DNA from: Planctomycetota bacterium
Lineage (GTDB): Bacteria > Planctomycetota > Brocadiia > JAADGH01
Length of the DNA: 64,000 nt
Direction: 5' to 3'
Assembly: GCA_040755855.1 (NCBI GenBank)
Contig: JBFMAD010000022.1
Span: 34,967 to 98,966 of the forward strand
The notes below the pieces were generated by a model. It worked only from the letters and a program-made list of their open reading frames with translations. It had not been told where the DNA came from and ran no database searches. Positions within the stretch are counted from its first letter, which is position 1; each line of letters begins with the position of its first letter. The translations under genes were made by a program, and so were the position numbers. This document shows, in pieces, positions 45,427 to 53,592 of this stretch.

Positions 45427-46446
45427 ATGGAATTCACCGTATCGCAACTCGCCAAGAAGGTCCAGGGCGAACTCATCGGACCCAGCCTCACCATCATCAC
45501 AGGCGTCGGCAGCCTGCGCGGGGCCCGCGAGGGCGATATTGCCTTTGTGAAAGACGACCGCCACGTCGAGGCCGCCGCCGACTGCCGCGCCTCTGCGTTG
45601 ATCGCCCATCGAAAGATCGAGGCGTTCAAGGGCCCTCAGATCATCTCCGAGAACCCGCACCTGGCCTTTGTTGCCGTTGCAAACCTGTTCCTCGCCGGGA
45701 AAGCCCAGCCCCCCCCCGGCATCCACAAAACCGCCGTCATCGCCCCAACGGCTACCATGGGGCGGAACGTCGCCATCGGCGCCCATGTCGCCGTCGGCGA
45801 ACATTCGGTCGTCGGCTCCAACGCCGTTGTTCATCCCAACGTTACTATCGGGGATTACGTCAAGATCTCCTCCGACGCCCTCATCTATCCCGGCGTCGTG
45901 ATCCGGGAGGGGACGCGCATCGGCAAGCGGGTGATCATCCACGCCAACAGCGTGATCGGCGACGATGGGTTCGGCTACATCCAGCACGAGCGAAAGCATG
46001 TCAAGATCCCTCAGATCGGCACGGTCAAGATCGGCGACGACGTCGAGATCGGCACGTGCGTCACGATAGACCGCGCGGCCCTGGACGCGACGGTCATCGG
46101 CGACGGCGTCAAGATAGACAACCACAGTCACATCGCCCACAACGTGGAGATCGGCGAGAATTCCATGTTGATCGCCTTTGCCAAAATCGCCGGGGGCGCC
46201 AGGATCGGCAGGAACGTCATCATCGCCGAGGATGTGGGCATCACCGACAACATCACCATCGGCGACGGCTGCCTCATTGGCGGGGGGTCGAAGGTCTACA
46301 AGTCCGTCAAGGCCGGCGAGGTCGTCTGGGGCTGCCCCGCCAAGCCGATGCAGCTCGAAAAGCAAATTCAGGCCATCCTCAAGAAACTCCCCGAGATGCG
46401 CGAGACCCTCCGGCGACTGGCCAAGGGGCCGAACGCGGCGGAGTGA
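45427..46446 (+). CDS. lpxD: UDP-3-O-(3-hydroxyacyl)glucosamine N-acyltransferase
   Basis: MEFTVSQLAKKVQGELIG...GDIAFV... followed by a long left-handed beta-helix hexapeptide region (IGAHVAVGEHSVVGSNAVVHPNVTIGDYV...). Confidence 0.85.
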   Translation: MEFTVSQLAKKVQGELIGPSLTIITGVGSLRGAREGDIAFVKDDRHVEAAADCRASALIAHRKIEAFKGPQIISENPHLAFVAVANLFLAGKAQPPPGIHKTAVIAPTATMGRNVAIGAHVAVGEHSVVGSNAVVHPNVTIGDYVKISSDALIYPGVVIREGTRIGKRVIIHANSVIGDDGFGYIQHERKHVKIPQIGTVKIGDDVEIGTCVTIDRAALDATVIGDGVKIDNHSHIAHNVEIGENSMLIAFAKIAGGARIGRNVIIAEDVGITDNITIGDGCLIGGGSKVYKSVKAGEVVWGCPAKPMQLEKQIQAILKKLPEMRETLRRLAKGPNAAE

Positions 46447-46452
46447 CCGGCT

Positions 46453-46866
46453 ATGAAGTCGCACACGGAGTACCTCTGGTTCAACACCAAGACGAAGCGG
46501 GAGTTCATCAACATCACGGAGAAGGTCGAGGACGCGCTGGCGAAGAGCGGCGTCCAGGAAGGCATGGCTCTGGTGTCGGCCATGCACATCACCGCCGGAG
46601 TGTATGTAAACGACGATGAGCCGGGGCTCTTCCAGGACATCGAGGACTGGCTGCAGCAACTCGCCCCCGAGGGTCCCAACTACCGCCACCACCGCACGGG
46701 CGAGGTGAACGGCGATGCGCACCTGAAGAGCCTGCTGGTGCATCATCAGGTGGTCGTGCCGGTCACGGAGGGTCGGCTGGACCTGGGGCCGTGGCAGCAG
46801 ATTTTCTACGCGGAATTCGACGGCCGCCGCCGGAAACGGGCCATCATCAAGATCATCGGGGAGTGA
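46453..46866 (+). CDS. yjbQ: YjbQ/UPF0047 family protein (secondary thiamine-phosphate synthase-like)
   Basis: [40 protein letters not shown]...GDAHLKSLL...[22 protein letters not shown]. Confidence 0.8.
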   Translation: MKSHTEYLWFNTKTKREFINITEKVEDALAKSGVQEGMALVSAMHITAGVYVNDDEPGLFQDIEDWLQQLAPEGPNYRHHRTGEVNGDAHLKSLLVHHQVVVPVTEGRLDLGPWQQIFYAEFDGRRRKRAIIKIIGE

Positions 46867-46869
46867 CCC

Positions 46870-47673
46870 ATGTACGGAAGCCTGCACGAGCATCCCGAGG
46901 CGCTGCAAGTTTATTTCAAGGCCCACTTCGGTCTGCGGCCCGAGGAGATGCCCGAGACGGTGGTCGTCACGCCGCTGCAGTTCAGCTCAGTGCTCGGCGC
47001 GAACCTGCCCGATGCGCTGGGTAAGCGCGGCGCGACTGTCAGCGCGCTCAAGACGGCGATGAGCGGATTTGGAGACTCATATCTTGCGCGGAAGGGGGAC
47101 CGGTCGGCCTTGTTCAGCATCGGCGGCGTGGGCGGGGCGCTGGCGCTGGGGCATGCGCTGCTCCTGATCCATGCGCCCCGTGCGGAAAAGGTGCTGTTCT
47201 ACGGCACAGCCGGGGCGGTGGCCGACCACATGGGGCTGTGCGACCTGAACGTGCCGGACCGATGCATCCGCGGCGACCGGGTGACGGAGGATGTGGTCCC
47301 CATGAGCGCGCCCGCCGAGGGGGATGCGGCGCTCTGCGCGGAGGTGCGGGACCGACTCGGGGTGCTGCTCAATGGGAGCGTCGGCGTGCACGACGATCTG
47401 CACTACACGGTGAGCAGCATCTTTGTGGAGACGGACGAGATGCTGCACGCGCTGCGCGCAGGGAACGTAAACACGATAGACATGGAGCTGAGTGTTTACT
47501 ATACGATCCTGCGCCGGGCGGGCAAACGGGCGGCCGGCATCCTGAAGGCAATTGATCTGCCGCTGAAGCGCCTGGCGACGTTCGATGCGGTGAAGAAGAA
47601 CGTCTCCCCGGAGATCCGGGACGGCGTCAACCGAGCCGTGCTGTCCGTTTTGTGCGATTTGTGCGGCATTTGA
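46870..47673 (+). CDS. phosphorylase-superfamily (PNP/UDP_1-like) protein
   Basis: SIGGVGGALALGHALLL...VLFYGTAGAV...NTIDMELSVYY resembles nucleoside phosphorylase/nucleosidase family patterns. Weaker call. Confidence 0.45.
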   Translation: MYGSLHEHPEALQVYFKAHFGLRPEEMPETVVVTPLQFSSVLGANLPDALGKRGATVSALKTAMSGFGDSYLARKGDRSALFSIGGVGGALALGHALLLIHAPRAEKVLFYGTAGAVADHMGLCDLNVPDRCIRGDRVTEDVVPMSAPAEGDAALCAEVRDRLGVLLNGSVGVHDDLHYTVSSIFVETDEMLHALRAGNVNTIDMELSVYYTILRRAGKRAAGILKAIDLPLKRLATFDAVKKNVSPEIRDGVNRAVLSVLCDLCGI

Positions 47674-47695
47674 AAAATCCCGGCCAAGGCGCGGC

Positions 47696-47726
47696 TTGAC
47701 ATTCCGCTCACAGTTCGTTATATAAT
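47696..47726 (+). promoter_or_regulatory. putative sigma70 promoter of purF
   Basis: TTGACA (47696-47701), 17-nt spacer, TATATAAT (47719-47726), about 80 nt upstream of the purF ATG. Confidence 0.45.
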
Positions 47727-47805
47727 GGTTGGGAAGCCCACCACAGGTTCCGTGAAGGATCTGTTTCTGTCTGTTTTTCAGGTTCGATTTTCGAGAGGCC
47801 ATGCC

Positions 47806-49134
47806 ATGCAAGACAACTGCGGTGTTTTCGGGATTTGCTCGGCCCAAAACTGCCTGATGGATTTGTACTACGGCACGTTCTACCTCCAGCACCGGGGGCA
47901 GCAGTACTGCGGGCTGTCCACCTACGACGGCAAGGAGATCAAGCTCCGAACGCACAAGGGGCTGATACGGGCGACGTTTACGGACGACCTGGATGGTCTG
48001 GAGGGCTACGTCGGCATCGGGCACGTGAGCCTGAACGTGCGCCAGCCGATCAAACTGCATTCAAGGATGGGGGAGTTCAGCGTGTGCTTCTCGGGGAACA
48101 TCGTGAACCTGAACGCGATCGTGGCTGAGTTCAAATCGAGGGGCCATTCGCTCGCCAATGCCGATGAAATCGAGGTTATGGGGAAGCTCATTGCGAGCGG
48201 AAAGGACTTCGTGTCCGGCATCGAGCGTGCGCGCAGGAAGATTAAGGGATCGTATTCGCTGCTCGTTCTGACCCGGGATGGAATCTATGCCGCGCGCAGC
48301 CCCATGGGGCACCGCCCATTGATCCTCGGCCGGCGGGGGCATACGGTGGCCGTGGCGTCGGAGTCATGTGCGTTCAATAATCTGGGCATTTCGATTGTCC
48401 GGGACGTCAAGCCGGGCGAGATCGTTCGACTGCATGGGGAGATTGACCTGCTGCGGAGCGAACAGATCGAGACACTGAAGACCTGCCGCGCGAGGCGGAT
48501 TCAGTACTGCGCCTTCGAGTGGGTTTACATCGCAAACGCCGCGTCCGTCATTGACGGGGAGTGCGTGGACGTGGTGCGACAGCGCATCGGGGCGTCGCTT
48601 GCCCGGCGGTATCCTGTGGAGGCGGACCTCGTCGCCGCCGTGCCCAATTCGGGGATCGGCCACGGCATCGGCTACGCCCAGGAATCGGGAATTCCGTACG
48701 ATCGGGTATTCCTGCGGTACGACTATGCAGACCGAAGCTACACTCAGAGCACCCAGCAGGAGCGCGAGCGGGAGGCGCAGATCAAATTGATCCCCATCAC
48801 GGAGAAGATCAGGGGCAAGCGGGTGGTGCTGTTGGACGATTCCATCGTGAGGGGCACGCAGATGAAGATGGACATGGCGCGCAAGCTCAAGAACGCCGGG
48901 GTGAAGGAGATCCACGTCCGAATTGCCTGCCCGCCGTTGGTTGCGCCGTGCCGCTACGGACGGTCCACGCGCGGCAAGGATGAGCTGCTGGCGAACCGGA
49001 TGCCGGTGGAGAAAATCCCCAAGTACCTGGGGGTGAACAGCGTGGGGTACAATACGATTGACGACCTCGTGAAGGCCATCGGCCACAGAGAGAAGGACCT
49101 CTGCCTCTCCTGCTGGACGGGCAAGTATTATTGA
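47806..49134 (+). CDS. purF: amidophosphoribosyltransferase
   Basis: MQDNCGVFGI (Ntn Cys), YLQHRGQQYCG, PRTase loop VVLLDDSIVRGTQ. GAGAGG RBS. Confidence 0.85.
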   Translation: MQDNCGVFGICSAQNCLMDLYYGTFYLQHRGQQYCGLSTYDGKEIKLRTHKGLIRATFTDDLDGLEGYVGIGHVSLNVRQPIKLHSRMGEFSVCFSGNIVNLNAIVAEFKSRGHSLANADEIEVMGKLIASGKDFVSGIERARRKIKGSYSLLVLTRDGIYAARSPMGHRPLILGRRGHTVAVASESCAFNNLGISIVRDVKPGEIVRLHGEIDLLRSEQIETLKTCRARRIQYCAFEWVYIANAASVIDGECVDVVRQRIGASLARRYPVEADLVAAVPNSGIGHGIGYAQESGIPYDRVFLRYDYADRSYTQSTQQEREREAQIKLIPITEKIRGKRVVLLDDSIVRGTQMKMDMARKLKNAGVKEIHVRIACPPLVAPCRYGRSTRGKDELLANRMPVEKIPKYLGVNSVGYNTIDDLVKAIGHREKDLCLSCWTGKYY

Positions 49135-49337
49135 GGTCGGCTGACTTTGCGCTCGTCCACCTGGCCCGTGCTGTTGCACTTCGCGCAGGGGACGGGGATG
49201 GTCCCCTGGCCGAGGCAGGTGGTGCAGTCCATGGTTGTCACGCCGACGCCGCCCATGTCAATCTTCCCCGTGCCGCGACAGGAGGGGCACTCCATGTTCA
49301 AGGTTCCCTTTCCCTTGCATTTTTCGCACTTTGCCAT
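49128..49337 (-). CDS. stand-alone DnaJ-type cysteine-rich zinc-finger mini-protein
   Basis: Four CxxCxGxG units in 69 aa: CEKCKGKG, CPSCRGTG, CTTCLGQG, CAKCNSTG. Lies 30 bp downstream of the FAD oxidoreductase gene. Confidence 0.6.
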   Translation of the reverse strand: MAKCEKCKGKGTLNMECPSCRGTGKIDMGGVGVTTMDCTTCLGQGTIPVPCAKCNSTGQVDERKVSRPQ

Positions 49338-49367
49338 CTTCGTCTCCGTCCGACGTGCTCCGATGGA

Positions 49368-50834
49368 TCAGCCAATGGCCTTTCGAAGGTCTTTTGTCCC
49401 GCCGACGAACAGATGCGACCCCTCGCCGCGCAACAGCACCTCATCGAGGGAGATGCCCAGCTCCCGCGCGAGGATCGCGGCCACCCGCGAGCGACAGAAC
49501 CCGCCCTGGCATCGCCCCATGCCCGCGCGGGTGCGGAACTTGACGCCGTTCAGCGTGCTCGCTCCGATGCCCTCGTGAACCGCGTCAATGACCTCCTTTT
49601 CCGTGACCAACTCGCAGCGGCAGATGATATGGGCATGGCGCGGATCCTGGCGGATCAGCTTGTCGCGCTCCTTGCGCGAGCAGTCGGCGAATCGGGGCAT
49701 CCGCTTCCGCCTTGGATTGAAGCCTTTTTTCTTCTTCAGTTCGGTCCGTTCGCCGAGGATGGCGACGATCATGCCGGCGATGGCGGGGGCGGCGGTGAGG
49801 CCGGGGGACTGGATGCCCGCGCAGTTGATGAACCCCTCCACCGCCGTGGGACCGATGATGAAGTCGTCCGTGTCGCTGGCCGGTCGGACGCCGGCGAAGG
49901 CGGAGATCACGTCATTCTCCCGCAGCTCCGGCAGGAATCTTCGGGCCAGATCAAACAGCCTGCGCCGCACGGGGGCCGTGGTTGATGTATCCTCTCGATC
50001 CTCGACGACATCGGCATTCGGGCCGACGAGATTGTTCCCGTCCACAGTCCGGAAGACGCAGGTCCCCTTTGAATGTTCCGTTGGGATGGGGAAGACGTTG
50101 CGCGACACCCACTGCGCCTGCTTGTCGAGGATATAGTACTCCCCCTTGCGAGGGATGATTTTGAAATCGGCCGCGCCCGCCATCTCGGCGATTTTGTCGG
50201 CGTAAACGCCGGCGGCGTTGATCGCAAAGCGGGTGCGGATATCGCCGCGGTTCGTTCGCACGGCCTGCACCTTGCCGCCCTCGACGAGGATTCCCGTGGC
50301 CTCGGTGTTCACATGGATGCGCGCCCCGTTGGCCGCTGCGTTGTCGGCGAGGGCAAAGACGAGGCGCTGGGGGCAGACGATCCGCAGCGAGGGCGCGCTG
50401 ATGGCGGCGACGGCGCGGACGTGGGGTTCCATCCGTCGGATGTCGTCGCGGCCGATGATCTGCGCATCGGTTGCGCCGTTCTTCCTGCCGTTTTCGAGCA
50501 TTGGGTCGAGGAGGGGGACTTCCTCGGGGGAGGTCGCCACGATGAGCGAGCCGACCGTCTTGAGGGGGACGGAGAGTTCCTCGGCGATCTTTGGGAAGAG
50601 ACGGTTTCCCTCGACGCAGAGCTTCGCCTTCAGCGTTCCATGGTCGGTATTGACGCCTGAGTGGATTGTGCCGCCGTTGCCTTTGCTGGCCCCTTCGCAG
50701 ACGTCGGGTCCCTTCTCGACAAGGACGATGTCGAGCTGATAACGGGCCAGCTCGCGGGCGATGAAACACCCGCACACGCCGCCGCCGATGACGACGACAT
50801 CCGCCGAGGGGGGAAGTTCCTTCTGCGCGTTCAT
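49368..50834 (-). CDS. FAD-dependent oxidoreductase (GlpA/LhgO-like) with C-terminal BFD-like [2Fe-2S] domain
   Basis: DVVVIGGGVCGCFIARELA (GxGxxG)...; C-terminus ICRCELVTEKEVIDAV...RAGMGRCQGGFC. Confidence 0.75.
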   Translation of the reverse strand: MNAQKELPPSADVVVIGGGVCGCFIARELARYQLDIVLVEKGPDVCEGASKGNGGTIHSGVNTDHGTLKAKLCVEGNRLFPKIAEELSVPLKTVGSLIVATSPEEVPLLDPMLENGRKNGATDAQIIGRDDIRRMEPHVRAVAAISAPSLRIVCPQRLVFALADNAAANGARIHVNTEATGILVEGGKVQAVRTNRGDIRTRFAINAAGVYADKIAEMAGAADFKIIPRKGEYYILDKQAQWVSRNVFPIPTEHSKGTCVFRTVDGNNLVGPNADVVEDREDTSTTAPVRRRLFDLARRFLPELRENDVISAFAGVRPASDTDDFIIGPTAVEGFINCAGIQSPGLTAAPAIAGMIVAILGERTELKKKKGFNPRRKRMPRFADCSRKERDKLIRQDPRHAHIICRCELVTEKEVIDAVHEGIGASTLNGVKFRTRAGMGRCQGGFCRSRVAAILARELGISLDEVLLRGEGSHLFVGGTKDLRKAIG

Positions 50835-50909
50835 CTTACTACTGCTCCAACTTTATGCGCTGCAATCGCCGTCTTGAGCGCTCGATGTCTCCCGATCACT
50901 GTCACCCTT

Positions 50910-50939
50910 ATTCCCGCTTTCGCGCATGCGCGTCAAGTT
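50910..50939. repeat. left 30-bp inverted repeat flanking the AbrB-like mini-gene
   Basis: ATTCCCGCTTTCGCGCATGCGCGTCAAGTT. The reverse complement of 51292-51321 is ATTCCCGCTTTCGCGCATATGCGTCAAGTT (28/30). Confidence 0.8.
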
Positions 50940-50945
50940 GGGATG

Positions 50946-51137
50946 TTAGTTTCTGATGGGTCTTGGCTTGCGCGGCTTGCGACGGCGCAAGATGAGGGTG
51001 TTTTTGTCCTCGATGGCCCACTCGAATTCTTCCCCCTTCTCGATCCATAACGCCTCGGCCAATGCCACCGGCAGGTTGACATAGAACGACCGGTTCGTGG
51101 GCCGCTCCACCTTCTGAATCTTGACGCGATAGCCCAT
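50946..51137 (-). CDS. AbrB/MazE/SpoVT-like small DNA-binding protein (63 aa)
   Basis: MGYRVKIQKVERPTNRSFYVNLPVALAEALWIEKGEEFEWAIEDKNTLILRRR, a swapped-hairpin-type pattern. GGAGGAAC RBS. In-frame start inside ORF 50946..51428. Confidence 0.55.
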   Translation of the reverse strand: MGYRVKIQKVERPTNRSFYVNLPVALAEALWIEKGEEFEWAIEDKNTLILRRRKPRKPRPIRN

Positions 51138-51214
51138 ATGGGTTCCTCCACTCTCAGCATACCCGATTGGCGCGCCGACGAAAAGCCTTTTTTCCTTGTT
51201 TTTAACGCCCATCT

Positions 51215-51236
51215 GATATAGTATATTTACTATATC
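51215..51236. promoter_or_regulatory. perfect 9-4-9 palindrome (candidate operator) upstream of the AbrB-like gene
   Basis: GATATAGTA-TATT-TACTATATC in an AT-rich stretch about 80 bp upstream of the 51137 start. Confidence 0.5.
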
Positions 51237-51291
51237 CAAGATCCACCAAAAAAAGAAAGGAAAAACATGGCCACATCCGAACTCTATCCTT

Positions 51292-51321
51292 AACTTGACG
51301 CATATGCGCGAAAGCGGGAAT
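51292..51321. repeat. right 30-bp inverted repeat flanking the AbrB-like mini-gene
   Basis: AACTTGACGCATATGCGCGAAAGCGGGAAT, inverted partner of 50910-50939. Confidence 0.8.
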
Positions 51322-51433
51322 CCATGCATTCTCACCACGAAGAACACGAAGGTCACGAAGAAAAGTGGCGGAGCCGGACAAAGCGCCCGTCCCCAGGCAG
51401 AGCCCGGGGACGAGAGAATCAATCTCACATACG

Positions 51434-52291
51434 CTACACGTCAACCTCCATCCCGTCATACGCGATTGTGATGCCTTTCGCCGCCATGATCGGGGCGATC
51501 TCGTCGTGCACCGGACCGAAGTGCGGGCCCGTGTGCGAGACGCAGAAGGCCGCCCCGTCCTTGAGCAGACCCTCCTTGCGGAAGAGGGCGTATGCCTTTT
51601 CCACTTTTGCGAAATTGCTGTGTTGCTCCATGTCCACCCCCAGGGCGAAAGTGCCCTCGAGGACCACCAGATCATACCGGTCCTTCCGGATCGCGGCGAG
51701 GGTCTCGTCCAGAAACCAGCCCGTGTCGAGGGCGTAGAGCAGCGTCTTGCCCCCGCAGCGGATGATGTAGTTGAGCGGGGGCGCGCCGTCGCGGTCGCTG
51801 TGGTTGGCCAGAAGGGGCGTGACGCGCATGTCGCCCGCGTCGAAATCGGCGAACGGCTCGACGAGGTGCGACGAGATGGCGTGCCGCCTCCCATCGCCCA
51901 CCATGGCCTTGAGCTGCTTGTGGACCGCCGCGTTGCCGTAGATGTGGAGAGTGCGGAGCGTCGAGAACCTCGGTCCCCACGCCCCAGGCGGGGGCGGCAG
52001 CTCCTGGCCCTCCTTCATCCAGCGCCAGGCCAGGAGGAAGGGGCAGAAGTGGTCCTCGTGGGAATGGGTGATGAAGAGATGCTCAACGTCGAAGATCGGC
52101 ACATTGAACCGGCGAATCTGGGCGAAGGCCTCGGGCGGGAAGTCAATCAGCGCATCGGGGGCGAGGAAGGCATGGGAGTTAGTGCGGATGTTCCTGCCGC
52201 CCAGCCGCCGGGCCTTCTCACAGACATCACATTGACACCACAGGGCCGGGAACTGCTCGCCGGCCGCCGTGCCGAGGAATTGGAACTTCAT
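51434..52291 (-). CDS. MBL-fold metallo-hydrolase (PhnP-like)
   Basis: MKFQFLGTAAGEQFP...CDVCEKA...LFITHSHEDHF (HxHxDH). ATG 52291 has GGAG 8 nt upstream; the longest ORF starts at 52303. Confidence 0.75.
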   Translation of the reverse strand: MKFQFLGTAAGEQFPALWCQCDVCEKARRLGGRNIRTNSHAFLAPDALIDFPPEAFAQIRRFNVPIFDVEHLFITHSHEDHFCPFLLAWRWMKEGQELPPPPGAWGPRFSTLRTLHIYGNAAVHKQLKAMVGDGRRHAISSHLVEPFADFDAGDMRVTPLLANHSDRDGAPPLNYIIRCGGKTLLYALDTGWFLDETLAAIRKDRYDLVVLEGTFALGVDMEQHSNFAKVEKAYALFRKEGLLKDGAAFCVSHTGPHFGPVHDEIAPIMAAKGITIAYDGMEVDV

Positions 52292-52319
52292 CCTGGTCTC
52301 CATTCAGAACCGCGAAAGG

Positions 52320-52432
52320 GATTTTCGATTTGCGATTGCCGATTTTCGATTGACGGCCCTTCTCCTCTTGCGATCTTCGTGCCGATCTTTTCCCAATCCA
52401 CCATCGCCAATCGCAAATCCAAAATCCAATTA
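52320..52432. repeat. inverted pair of heptamer tracts (GATTKNC)x5 ... (CMAATCS)x5
   Basis: Left gattttc gatttgc gattgcc gattttc gattgac. Right ccaatcc accatcg ccaatcg caaatcc aaaatcc, whose reverse complement reads gattttg gatttgc gattggc... Confidence 0.75.
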
Positions 52433-52691
52433 TAGCCCGTTTGACGTTGCGGTCAAGGTAAGAGTCTCCACGGGGTGTTTTTTCTAAGGTCAGACCTTCT
52501 TAACTAACTGTAAAAACATCATTTAAGGCGTAACTTATTACAGATTTGCCAATGTTATCCCGTTTTCCTTGCGCATTCGAACGGATTGTCAGAGTTGCAC
52601 ACATATGTCCTTGTATTATAATAAGTTACCTATTACCTATACCTGTTATATGTATTTGCCTGTAAAAGGTGCGCCTGCGTCAAGAATCGTG

Positions 52692-52719
52692 TTGACACCG
52701 GCCGGTGGGGAACGATAAT
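52692..52719 (+). promoter_or_regulatory. putative sigma70 promoter upstream of the 52921 lipoprotein gene
   Basis: TTGACA (52692-52697), 16-nt spacer, GATAAT (52714-52719). The predicted ~200-nt leader contains the 52753-52834 hairpin element. Confidence 0.4.
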
Positions 52720-52752
52720 AAGGGCCGGGATGATTGTTGAAAAGGCCCCTGC

Positions 52753-52834
52753 GTTGTCATCCTGAACGAAGTGAAGGATCTCAACCTGGCGAAGGGTCGA
52801 GATTCTTCCCCCGCCTCATGGCGAGAATGACAAC
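52753..52834. repeat. REPIN-like hairpin of the widespread GTTGTCATYCT...AAGRATCTC type
   Basis: gttgtcatcctgaacgaagtgaaggatctcaacc versus the reverse complement of the right arm, gttgtcattctcgccatgaggcgggggaagaatctcgaccc. Confidence 0.65.
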
Positions 52835-52920
52835 ATTGGCCAGAATGGATTTTTCAACAGCCCTCCGGATGTCGGGGGCAGTGGACGCATGGTTCCGGCA
52901 CAGGTTCGAGGGATGAATGC

Positions 52921-53532
52921 ATGAAACGCATGGTGATGTTCCTGGCGCTCGCCGTCTGCACGGGCTGCGGTGGCGCGGCCCGGTCCAATGTCCAGATCAA
53001 CCCGCGATTTGAAGCCTATCAAATCCATCGCGTCGCCGTCCTGCCGTTTGAGGGGGTGCCGGCGGAGCGGGAGATCGTGGACCACGGGTGGTGGTTCGAG
53101 GGGCACCATTTCAACAACGGCGAGCTCGTCAGCGACATGCTCTCCACGGAGATGATGGCCATCCCCTCGTTCGAGTTCCTTGAGCGCTCGCAGATTCAGA
53201 AGATCCTCCAGGAGAAGGACCTCTCCATGACCAACCTCGCCGCCGAGAAGAGCAGCGCGGAGATCGGCCAGCTCCTCGGGGTGGACGCCATTGTCATGGG
53301 GAAGGTGACGAAGTTCCTTCGCACGTGGAGCCCGCCGCTGCACTACGGCTACGGCCTGTGCTTCTCGGCGCGGATGGTGGACACGAAGACGGGGACGGTC
53401 TTGTGGTCGGCCATGGTGGATCGCGGGGGCGGAGGGCTGGACGTTGTGGGTGCGGCGCGGGAGGAGTGCGCCGGCATCGCCCGCGAGCTCAAGGCCCGGC
53501 TGTCCCACGGTCCCGCAACAGGAACCAAGTAG
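52921..53532 (+). CDS. lipoprotein, CsgG/LpoB-like fold family (paralog of 44578..45216)
   Basis: MKRMVMFLALAVCTGC (lipobox), VAVLPFEGV..., LLGVDAIVMGKVTKF...ARMVDTKTGTVLW. Confidence 0.6.
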   Translation: MKRMVMFLALAVCTGCGGAARSNVQINPRFEAYQIHRVAVLPFEGVPAEREIVDHGWWFEGHHFNNGELVSDMLSTEMMAIPSFEFLERSQIQKILQEKDLSMTNLAAEKSSAEIGQLLGVDAIVMGKVTKFLRTWSPPLHYGYGLCFSARMVDTKTGTVLWSAMVDRGGGGLDVVGAAREECAGIARELKARLSHGPATGTK

Positions 53533-53592
53533 CAGACCTCACGATCCTGCCTTCGCGGACCGCGGTTACGCCCACTATCTTTTCACTCCTTC

